Shown: in pieces, positions 62,199-64,000 of the stretch
Layout: the number at the start of each line of letters is the position of its first letter
Position numbering within the stretch: the first letter of the stretch is position 1
Virus record (IMG/VR): IMGVR_UViG_3300021255_000041
Span: 561-64,560 of that record
From: a virus
Taxonomy: Duplodnaviria; Caudoviricetes
Length of the DNA: 64,000 nt
Reading direction: 5' to 3' (one strand)
Program-made: the position numbers and the translations under genes
The notes under the pieces: model-generated
What the model saw: only the letters and a program-made list of their open reading frames with translations
Told to the model about the DNA's origin: nothing
Databases searched by the model: none

Positions 62199-64000
62199 TC
62201 AGCCCTCGCCAGGATCAGTAGTCGCAGAACCGGTCACGTCTTCCTCGATGGCGATCGCAGAATAGACTCTCGTCAGAGCACCAGAGCAGCGAGTCTCAAG
62301 CAGGGATTTCTCCTGGTTGAAGTCGATATCGAACTGAGTGAAGTGAGTGATCTGACCGCCCTTGGTCGCGCCAAGAAAATAGTCGGACAGGTTGCAGATC
62401 AGAGCGACCAGCTTCTTAGTCTTCTGAGCGCCGTCCACAGTAGTCGTGCGGGTCTTATCGGCGAACTGCTCTGCGGTGTAGATAGCGCCGACATTCAGCG
62501 CGGTTGCCAGTTCGGCCTTGGAGGAGTAAATTCTGCGGCCATTCCGGTCACGGGCCAGCAGCATCACATTCAGCATATGCGGAGTAATGAACATATCCGG
62601 CGTTCCGGTGCCTTTGAATTTCTCCCTGGCATACAAGCAGGTGTTTATCATAGCTTCGGCCTGGATATAGTTCTCGCCGAAATATCCCTCGGTGTTTGTA
62701 CCCTGCAGAGTGGGGTCAGAAGTATCCAGGTCCACGTGAAGCGTATACAGGTCATCGTCGGTCCAAACCGGACGGATGTGCTCCGGATAGATCTTGCCGT
62801 CGGCACCGTCTTCACGACCGTCACCAAGCATGATAGCCGTCGCAAGCTCCTCGTTCAGCATCATGCGGTCGATGTTGTACATGTACTGCACATAATCAAA
62901 GTCGACGATATCGGTGATATCATCTTTGTGCAGGGCGTTCTTCACATATACGGTCTGCGGATCGTGTGTCCGGCGAACCAGGTTAAAGTTACCGGTAATC
63001 GTTTTCTTCTTACCCTTCTCGTAACCCTTTGCCCGGAGCGCATCGATATTCCTGATGTCAACCTGCTGGGTACGAATTCTGCTGATCGGGGATTTATGCA
63101 CTTTATTCATGACCACGCTGATCCAACCCTGGTCATTAGTGATCAGTTCCGGAGCACCGGGACGAACGTCTTTATATTCCGGGAACAGCCAGGTCACATT
63201 ACCGTTCTGGTTCGTCGCCTGAACAAATCCGCTGGCAGATGCCACTTCGTCGGAATGCTGGATTGTAATGTCGTGATCTTCGCAGTAAATATTGAGCGCG
63301 TTCCGGAATGTACCGACTCGGCTGTTCTTGGCCAGTTCCAGAATCGCGGTCTCGTCAGAATGAGCCAGGACATTCTGCTGAGTGTCTTCGGTTCTATCAA
63401 ACGCATTGTGTTTCATGTCGTCTCCTCCTTCGGATTCATCTTTTTCTTTGTTCTCTTCAGCCATTGCTGCGCCAACCAGAGCATAGACCACATTTTTCTG
63501 ATCTTCGTTCATAGTGTCGAACACGTCCTGTACAGTCTTCTCTTTTTTAGCGCTTTCGTTGGTATCTTCATCATTCTCTGATTCGGTTTCAGTATCGTCT
63601 GCATGGTACAGTTCGATCGTTTCTCCAGTGTAGATGATCGCCTCTGTCTCTGTGTCGGATCCATGGGCAAGGGTGATCTGATCGATAAAGGCGCCGGGAT
63701 TTGCCGGTGCAATCACCATGCTGACTTCTTTAATGTCGCCATGAATGACATTATTGCCATGCTGTTTCAGCTGGTTGGCATAAATTGATAACGCTTTAAT
63801 ATCCCCGTTCTGAAGAACGAGCTTTGCGTTCTGTCCCTGCTCTGTATCGTTGAGATAGCAATACGCTCTTACGCCGTCTTTATCATTCTTGAGCAGAGCA
63901 TGACCGAGCACGTTGAAAATATCTTTGTGCTGGTGGTTCCACACAAGGGGAACCTCTTGTCCATCGTTTCCGATGAAGGCGTCTTTCATGATCACACGAC
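62199..64000 (-). CDS. Prohead protease - scaffold - major capsid protein fusion (5' end beyond window)
   Basis: PLVWNH, VLGHA, KEVSMV (HK97-type protease His/Ser); acidic linker; capsid region from LFPE onward; internal RBS and ATG at 63416. Confidence 0.85.
   Translation of the reverse strand, partial: RVIMKDAFIGNDGQEVPLVWNHQHKDIFNVLGHALLKNDKDGVRAYCYLNDTEQGQNAKLVLQNGDIKALSIYANQLKQHGNNVIHGDIKEVSMVIAPANPGAFIDQITLAHGSDTETEAIIYTGETIELYHADDTETESENDEDTNESAKKEKTVQDVFDTMNEDQKNVVYALVGAAMAEENKEKDESEGGDDMKHNAFDRTEDTQQNVLAHSDETAILELAKNSRVGTFRNALNIYCEDHDITIQHSDEVASASGFVQATNQNGNVTWLFPEYKDVRPGAPELITNDQGWISVVMNKVHKSPISRIRTQQVDIRNIDALRAKGYEKGKKKTITGNFNLVRRTHDPQTVYVKNALHKDDITDIVDFDYVQYMYNIDRMMLNEELATAIMLGDGREDGADGKIYPEHIRPVWTDDDLYTLHVDLDTSDPTLQGTNTEGYFGENYIQAEAMINTCLYAREKFKGTGTPDMFITPHMLNVMLLARDRNGRRIYSSKAELATALNVGAIYTAEQFADKTRTTTVDGAQKTKKLVALICNLSDYFLGATKGGQITHFTQFDIDFNQEKSLLETRCSGALTRVYSAIAIEEDVTGSATTDPGEG

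Noticed and set aside
62343-63581. 412-aa plus-strand ORF (and similar shadows over TMP, RNAP and integrase)
   Set aside because: Antisense in-register shadows of well-supported minus-strand genes
1-64000. Alternative genetic code or stop-codon reassignment
   Set aside because: Standard code gives dense, tightly coupled, full-length ORFs; the two split genes each have a proper RBS for the second half

Overview
This window is almost the complete genome of a temperate, long-tailed siphophage of a Firmicutes host (strong AGGAGG RBSs, Firmicutes-type holin and endolysin). It is circularly permuted: it opens inside the portal gene and closes inside the prohead protease-major capsid gene, and the attP is intact. 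All but one credible gene lie on the minus strand. Modules: packaging/head (1-7.1 kb), an RNA-polymerase/nuclease operon (7.2-11.2 kb), a putative replication origin (12.4-12.8 kb), early/replication genes (12.8-36.4 kb), attP and integrase (36.6-38.0 kb), and holin, tail, endolysin and capsid genes (38.1-64 kb). The main result is a coherent phage-own transcription and cargo system. (1) A 923-aa single-chain two-barrel RNA polymerase (QxR...KG, RxP, DFDGD, three HTHs). (2) Sixteen copies of a fixed-spacing non-sigma70 promoter, CG-N7-HRCA-N7-NTATGR, mostly in terminator-promoter-gene cassettes bounded by duplicated terminators. (3) A shared N-terminal L-x-H-[HY]-G tag on the polymerase, on a papain-fold toxin with a candidate immunity gene, and on a third protein; it matches [LI]-x-H sites in the capsid precursor. 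(4) A long-stem RNA hairpin in the late leader whose loop is complementary over 32 nt to the RBS of an early gene 25 kb away. Also notable are a sigma4-alphaCTD fusion protein, a PolB split by a NUMOD4 relic, and a CotH-like kinase split across two tail genes. Pfam/DUF names are recalled from motif recognition, not from searches, and all functions are unverified.
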